From positions 1 to 61,874 of the IMG/VR virus record IMGVR_UViG_3300021404_000012: a stretch of 61,874 nt of DNA; one strand, 5' to 3'. This DNA is from a virus (lineage: Duplodnaviria > Caudoviricetes). The notes beneath the pieces are model-generated. The model saw only the letters and a program-made list of their open reading frames with translations. It had not been told where the DNA came from and did not search any database. This document shows positions 35,621 through 46,426 of this stretch, one piece after another (within the stretch, counting starts at the first letter, position 1; each line of letters starts with the position of its first letter). The translations under genes were made by a program, and so were the position numbers.

Positions 35621-37363
35621 TTGGTCGCATGGGAGATCAAGGGTATGGGGGGCGTGATCCCCCGGCAGGACGACCGTCTTATTGGCGACAATATGGCGGT
35701 GGAGGCGGCGAACTGCGACCTTACCGGCGGTCAGCTTGTTGGTCTCCCACAGGCCGAGCTGCAGATCGATCTCAGCGGCCAACTACCAGTAGTGGAGAGG
35801 GCTTATCGGTTTCCGCCCGACGACACCGGAGCTACTGTCTGGCTGCCGTTGCCTTCGCGCTACAGCTCCGTTGTCCGCTCGCCGCTGGCGAACGACGACA
35901 CGAACCGGGTCTACTGGACAAATCCCGGCGACCCGGTGCCGTGGTTCAACACGCGCGACCGCATCAAGGCGGGCCAGCCAGCCTATAATCTGGGTATCGT
36001 ACAGCCGACGACAGCGCCGTCGATCACCGACGTAACGGGTGGCGATACGACCGTACCGGCGATCGATCGCGCGTATGTCTATACATTTACCAATAGCTTC
36101 GGCGAGGAAACCTCACCCTCGCCGGCAAGCGCCATCGCGACGGGTCCGCCCGATGCGACGTGGACCGTTACCGGGTTCCCCACGGCGGCACCGGCTAATC
36201 CTGCGGGTGTGAATTACGCACCCATTACTAAGTATCGGATTTACCGGACGATCACCGGGCAGACGACCGGGGCGCAATTTTACTTCGTCGCGGAAGCGGC
36301 GCTGCCGAATGGCAATCCGACCTATGTTGACACTCAGCCGGACAGCACTGCGGTCTATAACGAGGTGCTGGAAACCGTGGGGTGGGGCAACCCGCCTTCC
36401 GGGCTCGACGGCCTGGTCGCGATGCCGGGTGGTTTTCTCTGCGGCTTCACCGGCAACACGGTGCATTTTACGGAGCCCAACCGCCCGCACACCTGGCCTT
36501 TCGTTTATGACCAGAGCGCGCACTACAAGATCGTCAACCTCGCGGTGTGGCAACAGTACCTCATGGTGCTGACGCAGGGTTACCCCTCGGCGGGCTCGGG
36601 CAATATGCCCAGCAACATCATCCTTGTGCAGTCTCAGGTCGCGGAGCCGTGCATCGCGCGGGGCTCGGTCATGGTCGATTTGTCGGGGGTTTATTACGCC
36701 TCGCAAAACGGCTTGGTTCTGTTCACCGGCTACGGGATGCAGAACATGACGGCGGGGGTCGTCGAGAAGAACGAGTGGCTCAACTACTATCATGCCGAGG
36801 ACTTGGTGGCGTGCCGGCACCGCGCGCAGTTTATGGCGGTCAACGGCACCGATCAGGGTTTCCTCATCGACTACGCGGAGGTGCGGCTGGGGTTCGAGGA
36901 CCTCACCACGCTAAAGGACGTGGTGTGCATCTGGAACGACGAGTACACCGGCGACACGCTGATGTGCGCGGACGGGCGCATCTATGAGTGGGATTGTCCC
37001 GATACGCCCCCGCAGGTTTACCGGTGGAAGTCAAAGCAATGGTTCACGCCGATGCCGCTAAGCCTTGGCGCGGCGCAGGTTGAGCTGGACCCGCAGATAT
37101 ACGACACAGCACCGACTGACCCGATCCCGCTCGACAATGGCGACCCGGCGATGCAGCTCCCGGCGGGGATCAACGCGCAGTTCCGCTACTACGCGGGGCC
37201 AAAGCTGACGTTGATTATGACCCGCAACCTGACAAAGCAGATGGAGATTTTCCGCCTCCCGAAAGGCTTTAAGGCGTTCGACCATCAGGCCGAAGTCCTA
37301 TCGCGTGTACCCATCTCGTCGATCCAACTGGCTTCAACGCTCACCGAATTAAAGGTGACGTGA
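35621..37363 (+). CDS. Tail nozzle/stabilisation protein
   Basis: 580-aa beta-rich protein; [34 protein letters not shown]. Confidence 0.7.
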   Translation: MVAWEIKGMGGVIPRQDDRLIGDNMAVEAANCDLTGGQLVGLPQAELQIDLSGQLPVVERAYRFPPDDTGATVWLPLPSRYSSVVRSPLANDDTNRVYWTNPGDPVPWFNTRDRIKAGQPAYNLGIVQPTTAPSITDVTGGDTTVPAIDRAYVYTFTNSFGEETSPSPASAIATGPPDATWTVTGFPTAAPANPAGVNYAPITKYRIYRTITGQTTGAQFYFVAEAALPNGNPTYVDTQPDSTAVYNEVLETVGWGNPPSGLDGLVAMPGGFLCGFTGNTVHFTEPNRPHTWPFVYDQSAHYKIVNLAVWQQYLMVLTQGYPSAGSGNMPSNIILVQSQVAEPCIARGSVMVDLSGVYYASQNGLVLFTGYGMQNMTAGVVEKNEWLNYYHAEDLVACRHRAQFMAVNGTDQGFLIDYAEVRLGFEDLTTLKDVVCIWNDEYTGDTLMCADGRIYEWDCPDTPPQVYRWKSKQWFTPMPLSLGAAQVELDPQIYDTAPTDPIPLDNGDPAMQLPAGINAQFRYYAGPKLTLIMTRNLTKQMEIFRLPKGFKAFDHQAEVLSRVPISSIQLASTLTELKVT

Positions 37364-39612
37364 TGCCACCGCCAAACGAGATCGTCCTCCGTGGTTCGCC
37401 GACGATTGGCTCGCAGACGCCAAGGCTGGTTTCGACGCGCCCGGTTACCAACCCGTTTACGCCGCCCATCCCGCAGCCGCTGACGGGTGACGCGCAAAAC
37501 ACGGCAGCGTGTATTAGTGCTCTGAAAGCCTCCGTCGAAAGTTTGATCGGGCAGCGCGGCGACGCATCCAACCGCGCGGTGTTGTTTCGCGATCTCGTGT
37601 CTTATGGGCTCCTCGATCCTAATGCGGTCAAGAGCGCGCACGGATCAGCGGCTCCGATTGGTCCGCCGGGGCCAGAGGGGCCGAAGGGGGATCAGGGTCC
37701 GCAGGGGGCAACGGGGCCGTCAGGCCCGCAGGGACCGACCGGTGGGACAGGCCCGCAGGGACCGGCAGGCCCAACCGGGGCGACGGGTACAAAGGGCGAT
37801 AAAGGTGACACCGGAGCGACTGGCGCGACGGGTGGGACAGGCCCGCAGGGACCGAAAGGCGACACCGGGGCAACCGGTGCGACCGGAGCGGCGAGCACGG
37901 TGCCGGGACCGACGGGTGCGACCGGTGCGACTGGTGCGACCGGAGCGGCGAGTACTGTGCCGGGACCGACGGGGGCGACGGGCGCTACAGGCCCAGCGGG
38001 ACCGACCGGGGCGGTTGGGCCAACCGGGCCGACGGGGGCAACCGGCGCGACCGGCTCGGGGAGCTATCAAGCGGGCAGCGGGATTGCCATTAATACCGGC
38101 ACGACGCCGCCGACGATCTCGACCGCGACACCCTATCTACCGCTTACGGGCGGTACCCTCTCGGGGCCGGGAAACCTGACGGTTAATGGCTATCTGGGTG
38201 TCGGCACCACGCCGCCCTCGGACGCCATCGCTGGCACCATAATGGCGAGTGTTCTGACCACATCGTCAGGCACCGCACTTTATAACAACGTCTACAGTGG
38301 GAGTGGTGGCGCTAAGTTACTGACCGCCGCCGCCGCGAGCGCGTTCAACATGGGAAGCGGCAGCTTTGTTTTCTACACCGCCCCTTCCGGCGCTGCGGGA
38401 TCGACCCCGGCGTGGACGCAGCTTGCGGGGCTCAGTAGCGCCGGCAACCTCCAGCTCGCCGGCAACTACCTCTACTTCGCCAACGCCACCGGCGCGGCTA
38501 ACAGCACAGGCGGACCGCTGATCTATGGTGACGCTGGTACGATGGTGTTTAAAAGTACCGGAAGCAACGGCTTTTGGTTCCAGAACAGCACTGGCACCAA
38601 TATCGCGCAGATCACTAGCGCGGGGCATATCATTCTCGGCAACACCAGTATTTATTGGGGGAATGTTGCGGCCGGTTCCGCAGGGCCACGGATGACCGCC
38701 GACACCACGAACTTTGGGTGGATACTTGGCACTGGAAATGGTGCCTTTAATTGGTACAACAACAGCCAAGCTGTAGTGCTGACGGTTACTGCTGCTGGTA
38801 TTCTCAATACCTTAGGCACAATTAACGCGGGAGCCAACGTCAACGCCGTTCAGTTACAGGCCACGACTGCCAGCGCGATGGTGGCAACCTTTCAACGTGA
38901 TAATTCGAGCATAAACTGGGGTTTTTATGGCAGTGGGGGTACAGGAAGGCTATGGAACAGTTCTAGTGGTGATGTTTTACAATTCAGTAGTGCTGGTCTT
39001 AATCTCAACTCTACTAGTTTCGCTACTGCCAATGCCACGAATGCCGGTTACAACATAGTCAAAGATAATAATGGCGCTGGTTCGCTTTATTGTGGTAATG
39101 CCAGTGATCAGACCAATTACTATCGGCAGAACAGACATCTTTTCCAGGGCACCGATAGCGGTGGGTCAGTAAGCTTTGCCCGCATCGACCCCAATGGGGT
39201 CACGAGTTTCAATCATGTCTACCCGGCCACCGACAACTCGTCGTGGTGCGGCGTGCAGCCGTGGGCGCAAAACTGGTACGCCGTTTCTGCCTATAACTTC
39301 ATCAATGCTTCGGATGTTCGCGAGAAGACCGACATCGAGGGACTGCCGGATTGTCTCGATCTGGTCCGCGCGCTGAACCCGAAACGGTACCGGCTGCGCA
39401 ATTGCCCCGAATACGACCGGCACCGGCTGCACTGGGGCTTTGTGGCGCAGGAGGTTGGCGAGGTCATGGACGCCGCCGGTCACGATTTCAGCGGCGGGCA
39501 CCTGATCTACAACGACCATCACGGACTGAGCAACCAAGCGCTGACGGCGGTCCTGTGGAAGGCCGTCGCCGAACTGGCGGCCGAGGTCGCGGCGCTGAGG
39601 GGGGCGGCATGA
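37360..39612 (+). CDS. Collagen-repeat tail fibre with peptidase S74 chaperone
   Basis: Gly-X-Y run at ~37660-38060; SDVREKTDI...HWGFVAQE. Confidence 0.85.
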   Translation: MMPPPNEIVLRGSPTIGSQTPRLVSTRPVTNPFTPPIPQPLTGDAQNTAACISALKASVESLIGQRGDASNRAVLFRDLVSYGLLDPNAVKSAHGSAAPIGPPGPEGPKGDQGPQGATGPSGPQGPTGGTGPQGPAGPTGATGTKGDKGDTGATGATGGTGPQGPKGDTGATGATGAASTVPGPTGATGATGATGAASTVPGPTGATGATGPAGPTGAVGPTGPTGATGATGSGSYQAGSGIAINTGTTPPTISTATPYLPLTGGTLSGPGNLTVNGYLGVGTTPPSDAIAGTIMASVLTTSSGTALYNNVYSGSGGAKLLTAAAASAFNMGSGSFVFYTAPSGAAGSTPAWTQLAGLSSAGNLQLAGNYLYFANATGAANSTGGPLIYGDAGTMVFKSTGSNGFWFQNSTGTNIAQITSAGHIILGNTSIYWGNVAAGSAGPRMTADTTNFGWILGTGNGAFNWYNNSQAVVLTVTAAGILNTLGTINAGANVNAVQLQATTASAMVATFQRDNSSINWGFYGSGGTGRLWNSSSGDVLQFSSAGLNLNSTSFATANATNAGYNIVKDNNGAGSLYCGNASDQTNYYRQNRHLFQGTDSGGSVSFARIDPNGVTSFNHVYPATDNSSWCGVQPWAQNWYAVSAYNFINASDVREKTDIEGLPDCLDLVRALNPKRYRLRNCPEYDRHRLHWGFVAQEVGEVMDAAGHDFSGGHLIYNDHHGLSNQALTAVLWKAVAELAAEVAALRGAA

Positions 39613-39983
39613 GCACTTACGACGATATCCCGAAGATCAATGCGCTCCATGCCGAGCAGCAGCTCGTTCAGCAGGCGCTGACCAACCTCGCGGTCGGCGG
39701 CACGATGAGCTTGTTCACGATCGGTGCGCTGGTAACCGCGCCTGGCCCGACGCCAACGCCAGCCCCGACACCCATGATCGGCCCGCCGCCAGACCCTGAA
39801 CCGGCAAGGCCGATGACGCCGGTCAATATCACCGTCACCCAGGAGATGCCGCCCAACATCATGAACCAGATCCAGCGTTGGCTGGAGGATCAGATGCAGC
39901 GGATCAATGATGATCTCGCCGAGCTGGGGGTGACCGATACGCCGGCGCCGCCGACCATGACGACACCCCTACCAGCAAAGTGA
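39609..39983 (+). CDS. Hypothetical protein, paralog of the next ORF
   Basis: [10 protein letters not shown]...GGTM...LAELGVT. Confidence 0.65.
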   Translation: MSTYDDIPKINALHAEQQLVQQALTNLAVGGTMSLFTIGALVTAPGPTPTPAPTPMIGPPPDPEPARPMTPVNITVTQEMPPNIMNQIQRWLEDQMQRINDDLAELGVTDTPAPPTMTTPLPAK

Positions 39984-39990
39984 GGACGCG

Positions 39991-40293
39991 ATGGCCGAGT
40001 ACAGCGACGTTCCCGAAATTAACTCGCTCTATGAGGAGCGGGAGAACCTCACCAACGGTATCGCCTATGTCGATGGCGGCGGCAGCATGACGTATTTCAC
40101 CATCGAAGCGGAACCGCCAGCGGAGGGCGTGGTCCTGACGATGCCGCAGGTGCCGGTCCGCGTCGTGATGCAGCCGCCGACGCCGCAAGCAACGCTCGAC
40201 AATATCCGGGCGTGGATGGTGCAGCGGCAGGCCGATATCGACAGTCAGTTGTCATTGCTTGGGGTTACCAATACCCCGGCAGCACTACGGTAG
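39991..40293 (+). CDS. Hypothetical protein, paralog of the previous ORF
   Basis: YSDVPEINSL...GGSM...LSLLGVT. Confidence 0.65.
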   Translation: MAEYSDVPEINSLYEERENLTNGIAYVDGGGSMTYFTIEAEPPAEGVVLTMPQVPVRVVMQPPTPQATLDNIRAWMVQRQADIDSQLSLLGVTNTPAALR

Positions 40294-40302
40294 TGGCGAC
40301 CG

Positions 40303-40758
40303 ATGGCTCGTGATATCCGCATCAACGAGCCTGGGGCCGGCGAGTGGATCGCGCGCCAGCTTGGTACGCATTTCACGCCGGGGTGGGATAATTCGTTCAG
40401 CTCGCATGACGGCGACCGCATCCTCGGCGGGTTTATCGCTACGCATTTTCTCGGCGGCAGCATGACCTGCCACATGGCCTCGCAGGATAAACGCTGGTGT
40501 TCCAAGGACCTGCTGTGGCTGTTGTTTCATTATGGGTTCGAGCAGCTCGGCGTCCACAAGATGCTGACGACGCTGCCCTCGAACCAGTACGACGTGATCG
40601 CGATGGACATGCGCGCCGGTTGGGGACTGGAAGCGGTGGTTCGCGATGCCTACGCGCCGGGTGTCCACATGATGATCCTCGGGATGACCAGGGATACCTG
40701 TCCGTGGCTCAAGTACGAGCCACGGATATGGGTCCCCCGGAACGCGAAGGCTGCATGA
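40303..40758 (+). CDS. GNAT-fold protein preceding the ejection proteins
   Basis: LFHYGFEQLGVHK...GWGLEAVVRDAY RimJ-like pattern. Confidence 0.75.
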   Translation: MARDIRINEPGAGEWIARQLGTHFTPGWDNSFSSHDGDRILGGFIATHFLGGSMTCHMASQDKRWCSKDLLWLLFHYGFEQLGVHKMLTTLPSNQYDVIAMDMRAGWGLEAVVRDAYAPGVHMMILGMTRDTCPWLKYEPRIWVPRNAKAA

Positions 40759-40759
40759 C

Positions 40760-41857
40760 ATGGGTGGGAAAAGTTCTCCTCCGCCAGCGCCTGACTACAC
40801 GCCCTTCATTCAGGCGTCGCAGAACGCAGCGGCGTCCGATGCGCAGGCTGCCCAAATCCAGGCAGACGTTGCCCGCGATCAGATGGCGCAGCAGAACATC
40901 TACGCCGGTCGCGCTGCCGACCTGGGCGATCGTTATGCCCAGATGGCGCAGGATCAGGCGGCTTACGGGAAGCAGCAGTACGAGGACATAAAACCGTACT
41001 TGCAAGACTACATGCAGTCGCAGTTGGGCTGGTCGAACGCCGCCGAAGATAATGAGCGGGCGCAGGCCCAGGCGGCGGCTATCTCGTCGCAGCAGGCGCA
41101 GGATACTTACAATCGCTACTCGTCTATCTATGCGCCAAAGGAAGACCAGTTCACCAACGAGGCGTTTAACTACGCCAGCGCGGCCCGACAGGATCAGAAC
41201 GCTGCGGCTGCGCGCGGCGACGTGGCGGGGGCGTTCCAGGCGCAGGGGGACGCGGCTAAACGCCAGCTTGCCAGTTACGGCATAGACCCGACACAGGGCG
41301 CCTACGCAGGGCGAACGCAGGCGCTCGACATATCTAAGGCGGCGTCGATGGCAGCCGCCGGCACGATGGCGCGTCAGCAGACGGAGGCGCAGGGCAAGCA
41401 GTACGAGCTGGCGGCGCTGGAGATCGGGCAGAAGCTGCCGGCCCAGGCGATCGGGCAAGCCGGCCTCGCGCTCAATCAGGTGCAGTCGGGTATGCAGGGT
41501 TCGCAGGTCGGCGGCGCGGGGCTCGCCGCCGGGTCCAACTTGCTCACTTCGGGCACCAACGCGATGGGCTCGCCCACTGCTTACGCCCAGCTTAACCCGT
41601 ACACGCAGCTCACCGGCGTCTACGGTACGCAGGCGACGGGGATGTACGGCAATCAGAACCAGGCGCTGGGCAACATCAGCAGCGCGATCGGCGCTGGCTC
41701 CGGGGCGATGAACAACATGTATTCCAATCAGATGGAGAACTACAAGGCGACGGCGGCGCAGTCGCCGTGGGGCGCGATCGGGCAGATCGCCGGCATGGGG
41801 ATGGGCTTCCTCGGGATGCCGACGAGTTCGATCGGAGGCAAACTGTTTGGGTTCTAA
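40760..41857 (+). CDS. Internal virion/DNA ejection protein
   Basis: MGGKSSPPPAPDY start; Ala/Gln-rich. Confidence 0.7.
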   Translation: MGGKSSPPPAPDYTPFIQASQNAAASDAQAAQIQADVARDQMAQQNIYAGRAADLGDRYAQMAQDQAAYGKQQYEDIKPYLQDYMQSQLGWSNAAEDNERAQAQAAAISSQQAQDTYNRYSSIYAPKEDQFTNEAFNYASAARQDQNAAAARGDVAGAFQAQGDAAKRQLASYGIDPTQGAYAGRTQALDISKAASMAAAGTMARQQTEAQGKQYELAALEIGQKLPAQAIGQAGLALNQVQSGMQGSQVGGAGLAAGSNLLTSGTNAMGSPTAYAQLNPYTQLTGVYGTQATGMYGNQNQALGNISSAIGAGSGAMNNMYSNQMENYKATAAQSPWGAIGQIAGMGMGFLGMPTSSIGGKLFGF

Positions 41858-41906
41858 AAGTATGATGTTATTACTTTGATCCCACTACGGGTAGTGGAGA
41901 CGGTTA

Positions 41907-43337
41907 ATGGCTAATTACGATACCGTTGACAGCGGTTACCCCACCTCACCCCTCTCAAAATTCGTGGGCGGGCTCGAAACCGGCTGGCACAACATGCAGG
42001 ATCGCTACAAGCAAGCGATGGAGTTACGCCAGCTCCAACAACAGTATGATTGGGGTGAGGAGGCTAAGAAGAATATCAAGGGACAGCAGGATGATAAGCC
42101 CGCGAAGACGGCGACCCTGCCGGCGGGTGATACCAATAATCCCAGCGGCGGCGGTAGCGCGACCGGTGGCACCGGCAGCGGTAGCAGTGGTGGCGGCGGT
42201 GGCGGTGGAGGTGACTGGGGGCCAGCCGCTACTGCCGTGACGAATTATTTTAAGTCGATCGGCTGGAGCGACGCGGCCATTGCTGGCGCAATGGGGAACG
42301 GGCTTGGCGAGGGCGGCTTTGGGGCGCCGTGGAAGCAGAGCAGCGTCGTCGATAAGAATGGCAACCGCGAGCAGAGTTGGGGTCACTGGCAGTTCCACCG
42401 GGGCGGTGAGCTGGACGGCTACGAGGATTGGCTAACGAAAAACAACCTCGACCCTAAGGACCCGACGGTTTTACAGGATAGTGTCAACCAGGCGAAGTAT
42501 TTTGCCAAGCGCATGAACGAGATCAACCCGAATTTCGGGAAGCTGACAGACGCAAACGCGGCTGGTGATCAGGTTCTGCAAGGTTTTGAAAAGCCAAGGA
42601 ACGCCGCGTCTGGTTCACGCAACAATCTCGTGGCGACAGCGCAGAAGTACCTCGCTAACCCGCCTCAGACAGCGGCAGCCCCTGAGCAGCCGGGGGATAC
42701 GACAGGTTCGATACCGGATGTGCCGCATTACGGAGCGGACCTTCAGCCGGCGGCTGCTCCCACATCGGCGATCGGGGCGTCGGTGCAGGCAGCACCGGCG
42801 CCAGCACCAACACAGACGGCTTCAGCAGCGCCGATCCCGTCGGGTCAGGAACAGTATCGGGGCGGACTAGGGCCGAACGTGAAGTTCAATTCGCAGGGCG
42901 TGCCATACAACCCTGCGATGGTTGCTGGTGGCTCGCAGGGGGCTACACCGTCCGGCGTCAGGATACCGGCAAGACCGAGTGCCGCCGCAGCGGCGCCGGC
43001 GCCTGCTGACGATGGTACGGGTAATCAGTCCTACAATGCGCCGCCACCCGGTTACACGCGCGTCGCGTCTATGGAGCCGCACCCGACGAACCCGTGGGGT
43101 CCATCCCAGGTGGCGATCGGCGGGGTGGCGCAGCAGCGGTTCCCGGTCGACCAGCAGTCGGTAGTTGGCGGTCAGCAGTATGCTCAGGCGCCGACATCGG
43201 CGCCGCCGCAGCCGCAGCAACCGCCGCCGCAACAACCGTCAGCGTGGCAGGGACAGGGGCTTCCGACGGTTCAAGCAGGTAATCAACAGTTTGCGCTTGT
43301 GCCGATTAACAGCGGGCTCTTTGGCTCGACGGGGTAG
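41907..43337 (+). CDS. Ejection protein with phage tail lysozyme-like domain
   Basis: GWSDAAIAGAMGNGLGE...WGHWQF...QAKYF...FEKP. Confidence 0.7.
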   Translation: MANYDTVDSGYPTSPLSKFVGGLETGWHNMQDRYKQAMELRQLQQQYDWGEEAKKNIKGQQDDKPAKTATLPAGDTNNPSGGGSATGGTGSGSSGGGGGGGGDWGPAATAVTNYFKSIGWSDAAIAGAMGNGLGEGGFGAPWKQSSVVDKNGNREQSWGHWQFHRGGELDGYEDWLTKNNLDPKDPTVLQDSVNQAKYFAKRMNEINPNFGKLTDANAAGDQVLQGFEKPRNAASGSRNNLVATAQKYLANPPQTAAAPEQPGDTTGSIPDVPHYGADLQPAAAPTSAIGASVQAAPAPAPTQTASAAPIPSGQEQYRGGLGPNVKFNSQGVPYNPAMVAGGSQGATPSGVRIPARPSAAAAAPAPADDGTGNQSYNAPPPGYTRVASMEPHPTNPWGPSQVAIGGVAQQRFPVDQQSVVGGQQYAQAPTSAPPQPQQPPPQQPSAWQGQGLPTVQAGNQQFALVPINSGLFGSTG

Positions 43338-43340
43338 CCG

Positions 43341-46300
43341 ATGCTAGCCACCGACGAATACAGTCGCAGCGACGACGATAGCGGCGATACGTCAGCGCCG
43401 GTGCAGTTGGCGATCGGTGGAGCCTTATCGTCGCCGACACCTCCACCCGCACCGCCGGAACCGCCATCGCCTGCGCCGGAACCGCCGTCGCCTGCGCCGG
43501 AACCGCCGTCGCCTGCACTGCCGCCTGCGCCGGAAGCGCCGCCGCCGCAAACGGCTATCGGCGGCGCGGGGCGCATAACCGGCATACCGCCATCTGAAAC
43601 GCCAGACACATCGACGATGCCGCCGCCGGTCACTACCGGTAGTAGCCAAGCCGCCGAGAGTGGCGTCGAGCGTTCACTCAGCGCCGAGCCGCAGTCGCTT
43701 CAGGAGGTCATGGGTTCGTCCGGCCACCCACCGCCGGCGATCGGCGAGAAGCCGCCGCTAGTGCCGCACACGCCCCGGCTCGAACCGCCGGTGCAGCGGT
43801 ACAAGGACCTTGAGAAATCGGACCCCCAGCTATTCGACCAGATCAACCGCATCGCCGACATAAGCGGCGTGCCCCGGCGCGACCTCGCAGCAGTCGTCTA
43901 CGCATCGAGCAACAACGACCCGAACGCGCGCAACGGGAACCGGGTCGGGTACGGCGGGCTCACCCCCGACGACGCGCGGTGGGTTGACCCCGACGGGGCG
44001 ATGAACCCGGCGGACCCGATCGATAACCTGTTTATGACCGCCGAGAAACTGAAGCGGTTGGGTGATCAGTTTGGCCGGGGCACCCCCGAGCAGTACGCCG
44101 CCTACTGGGCCGGCGGCGATCGGGTCAAGTCGATGCTGACCCGGCACCCGGACGACCACGCCGATATCGCGCCGCCGGGGACGTTCAACTTTGTCAACCG
44201 GGTCGTGGGACGACCGGAGCCGCACGACGACGGTCAGAAGTCGTCGGATATGCCGGCGTGGATGGCGCGCACCCAGGAGGCAACTGCCGGCGCGGAACAG
44301 ACCGGTCAGTTGGCTACCGGTGCGCAGATGCAGGATGTGCCACCGGGCAGTCTTGACCCGTGGTGGAAGCGCGGCAGCGATGCGGTGAGAGGCGCCGTGG
44401 GGAGCGCGGTGCAGACGGCAGAGCAGTTGCCACAGGCTGTCGGCGCAGCCGTGCAGCCGACGTTGGATCGTGTCGCCCAGGCAAATAAGGACCTCGTGCA
44501 GTCTGCGGTGCAAGGCCAGCAAGCCGCCGGCCAGATGGTGCGGGACGCTGCGGGGAACGTGGTCGGGGCCGCGCAGCAGGTGCCGTCGATCATCGAGCAG
44601 GCGCCGCAGGCGATTGGCAACGCGATAGCAAAGGCTGCGGAAGTTATCCGCGACCCGGCACAGCTTGGTGCGTTTGCGGCGGATACCGTGCGGCAGGCCG
44701 GAACGGCGCTCGCATCGGCGGCGACTGGTGCCGCTGGCGTTGCCCAGCGGGATATCCAGGGCGCGGGCGAAGCGGTGGCTCCGGTAGCGCAGGCGGTTGG
44801 CGACTACGCCAGTAAGTTTGTCCAGGGTGCGTCGGGTAATTATGGCGGCGGCGCTGATAACCCGCCACCGGCGGCACCGGCGGCACCGGGTGCGACGGGG
44901 ACGATGACCGCTGGTGGCGCGCTGCCGTTTCAGCCGTCACCGGCGGCGCCTGCACCGCCGCCGAAGCCAACTGGGCTCATCACGCCAGCGCAAGCAGCGG
45001 GACCACCTCCGCCGCCTGCGGCAGCGCCTCAACCTGTGCCCCCTATCGCGCAGGTTGCGCCAATCGTACCAGAAAAGCCGAGCGCGGCGATCGGCGCTCC
45101 GCCTACTACCGGTAGTGGTTCCGGTGCCGCTCCTACGAGCCCGCCTGTTGGGGGTGCGGGTTCGCAACCGACGGGGGCGACCACTGGAGGCGCGGCACCA
45201 TCACCTCCCGCCGCGCCACAAGCCGGCGCCGCACCCGCGTCAGGTGCGGCGCCGGCGGTGGGGGCCAATGCCCCGACCCAACCGCCGATCACCTCGCTCC
45301 CCGGCGGGCCGAGCCACATCACGCCAGGGGGTGCGGTGACCGCTGCCGCGAATGGCGGGGCGGACGGGGTGCTGACCTACATCGTCGATCACGGTGCGCC
45401 GGGGGCATCCACCGGGCAGAACTGGCGCAACCTTGAGGGTTCGCTTGCGGCGATGATGATCGCCAAGGGTGACATCACGGGTGCGCAGCACGCGCACGAA
45501 TACGTATACCAGCTCCAGCACGCCGGGATGTTTGAGCATTTGAAGAATGCCTACAACGCGATGCGCGTTGGTGGTGACGTTGGTCTGCGACAGGCGGCGC
45601 AAGAGCTTGCGGTCAGCCATAGTTTCGCGACAGACGGCGCGATGGCTGGGTTCCAGATCATCAACGGTAAGCTCTACGTTCAGCGGTTTAGTGAAGACAC
45701 CCATCAGCCGTTAGGTAAGGCGACAGAGGTTGGCTTAGAGAATATCCGGGGGATGCTGAACATCACGGCTGACCCGAAGACGTTTAACGATGTTCTGAAC
45801 TCAGAACGGCAGACCAACAATACGCTCGAACACAACCGCGCGACGGAAGGTGAGGCGGTTGAAGAACGACTTTCTAAGGAACGCATCGCCGACATGCGGA
45901 CGAAAGAGGCCAACACGCGAGCCGAGTTGCAGAGGCAGGCGGCGGATGAACGCGCCAGACTGCAGCGTGAACAAACTATGGGCATCCATCAGGATGAGCA
46001 GCGGGCTCAAACCATTGCCGAGTTGAAGGCACAGCGCGCCGCCGCGATAAAGGAAGCTGACGGGGTTTATGGCGATCTCGCGCCGGCGCCTGCAGTTGAT
46101 GTCACCGGTAGGCAAATGACGCCCGAGCAGCGCCAACAGGCGCAGACGGCTTATGTCGGTGTTCGGACCCACGCGCCCGATATTCCGACACTGATGGCGC
46201 AAGAGGTCGCCAAGAGCATGATCGCGCCGCCGGGTACGAAGGGCATCAGGTTCACCGCGACCCCGGCCAAGGATCAGAGCGGCACGCCGCAGATGGTCAT

Positions 46301-46424
46301 TCGGGACTTGCAGGGGAACAACGTCGCTTACATCCCAACTGCCGATTTGCGGTCGTTGTATCCGACTACAGCTCTCACGCCATCACAGCAGCGGGCGACA
46401 GGTCAGCCCGCGTCAGGCAGGTAA
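43341..46424 (+). CDS. Ejection protein with degenerate lytic transglycosylase (SLT)-like domain
   Basis: GVPRRDLAAVVYASS..DPNA....GYGGL...DPIDNL...AAYWAG. Confidence 0.65.
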   Translation: MLATDEYSRSDDDSGDTSAPVQLAIGGALSSPTPPPAPPEPPSPAPEPPSPAPEPPSPALPPAPEAPPPQTAIGGAGRITGIPPSETPDTSTMPPPVTTGSSQAAESGVERSLSAEPQSLQEVMGSSGHPPPAIGEKPPLVPHTPRLEPPVQRYKDLEKSDPQLFDQINRIADISGVPRRDLAAVVYASSNNDPNARNGNRVGYGGLTPDDARWVDPDGAMNPADPIDNLFMTAEKLKRLGDQFGRGTPEQYAAYWAGGDRVKSMLTRHPDDHADIAPPGTFNFVNRVVGRPEPHDDGQKSSDMPAWMARTQEATAGAEQTGQLATGAQMQDVPPGSLDPWWKRGSDAVRGAVGSAVQTAEQLPQAVGAAVQPTLDRVAQANKDLVQSAVQGQQAAGQMVRDAAGNVVGAAQQVPSIIEQAPQAIGNAIAKAAEVIRDPAQLGAFAADTVRQAGTALASAATGAAGVAQRDIQGAGEAVAPVAQAVGDYASKFVQGASGNYGGGADNPPPAAPAAPGATGTMTAGGALPFQPSPAAPAPPPKPTGLITPAQAAGPPPPPAAAPQPVPPIAQVAPIVPEKPSAAIGAPPTTGSGSGAAPTSPPVGGAGSQPTGATTGGAAPSPPAAPQAGAAPASGAAPAVGANAPTQPPITSLPGGPSHITPGGAVTAAANGGADGVLTYIVDHGAPGASTGQNWRNLEGSLAAMMIAKGDITGAQHAHEYVYQLQHAGMFEHLKNAYNAMRVGGDVGLRQAAQELAVSHSFATDGAMAGFQIINGKLYVQRFSEDTHQPLGKATEVGLENIRGMLNITADPKTFNDVLNSERQTNNTLEHNRATEGEAVEERLSKERIADMRTKEANTRAELQRQAADERARLQREQTMGIHQDEQRAQTIAELKAQRAAAIKEADGVYGDLAPAPAVDVTGRQMTPEQRQQAQTAYVGVRTHAPDIPTLMAQEVAKSMIAPPGTKGIRFTATPAKDQSGTPQMVIRDLQGNNVAYIPTADLRSLYPTTALTPSQQRATGQPASGR

Positions 46425-46426
46425 CG

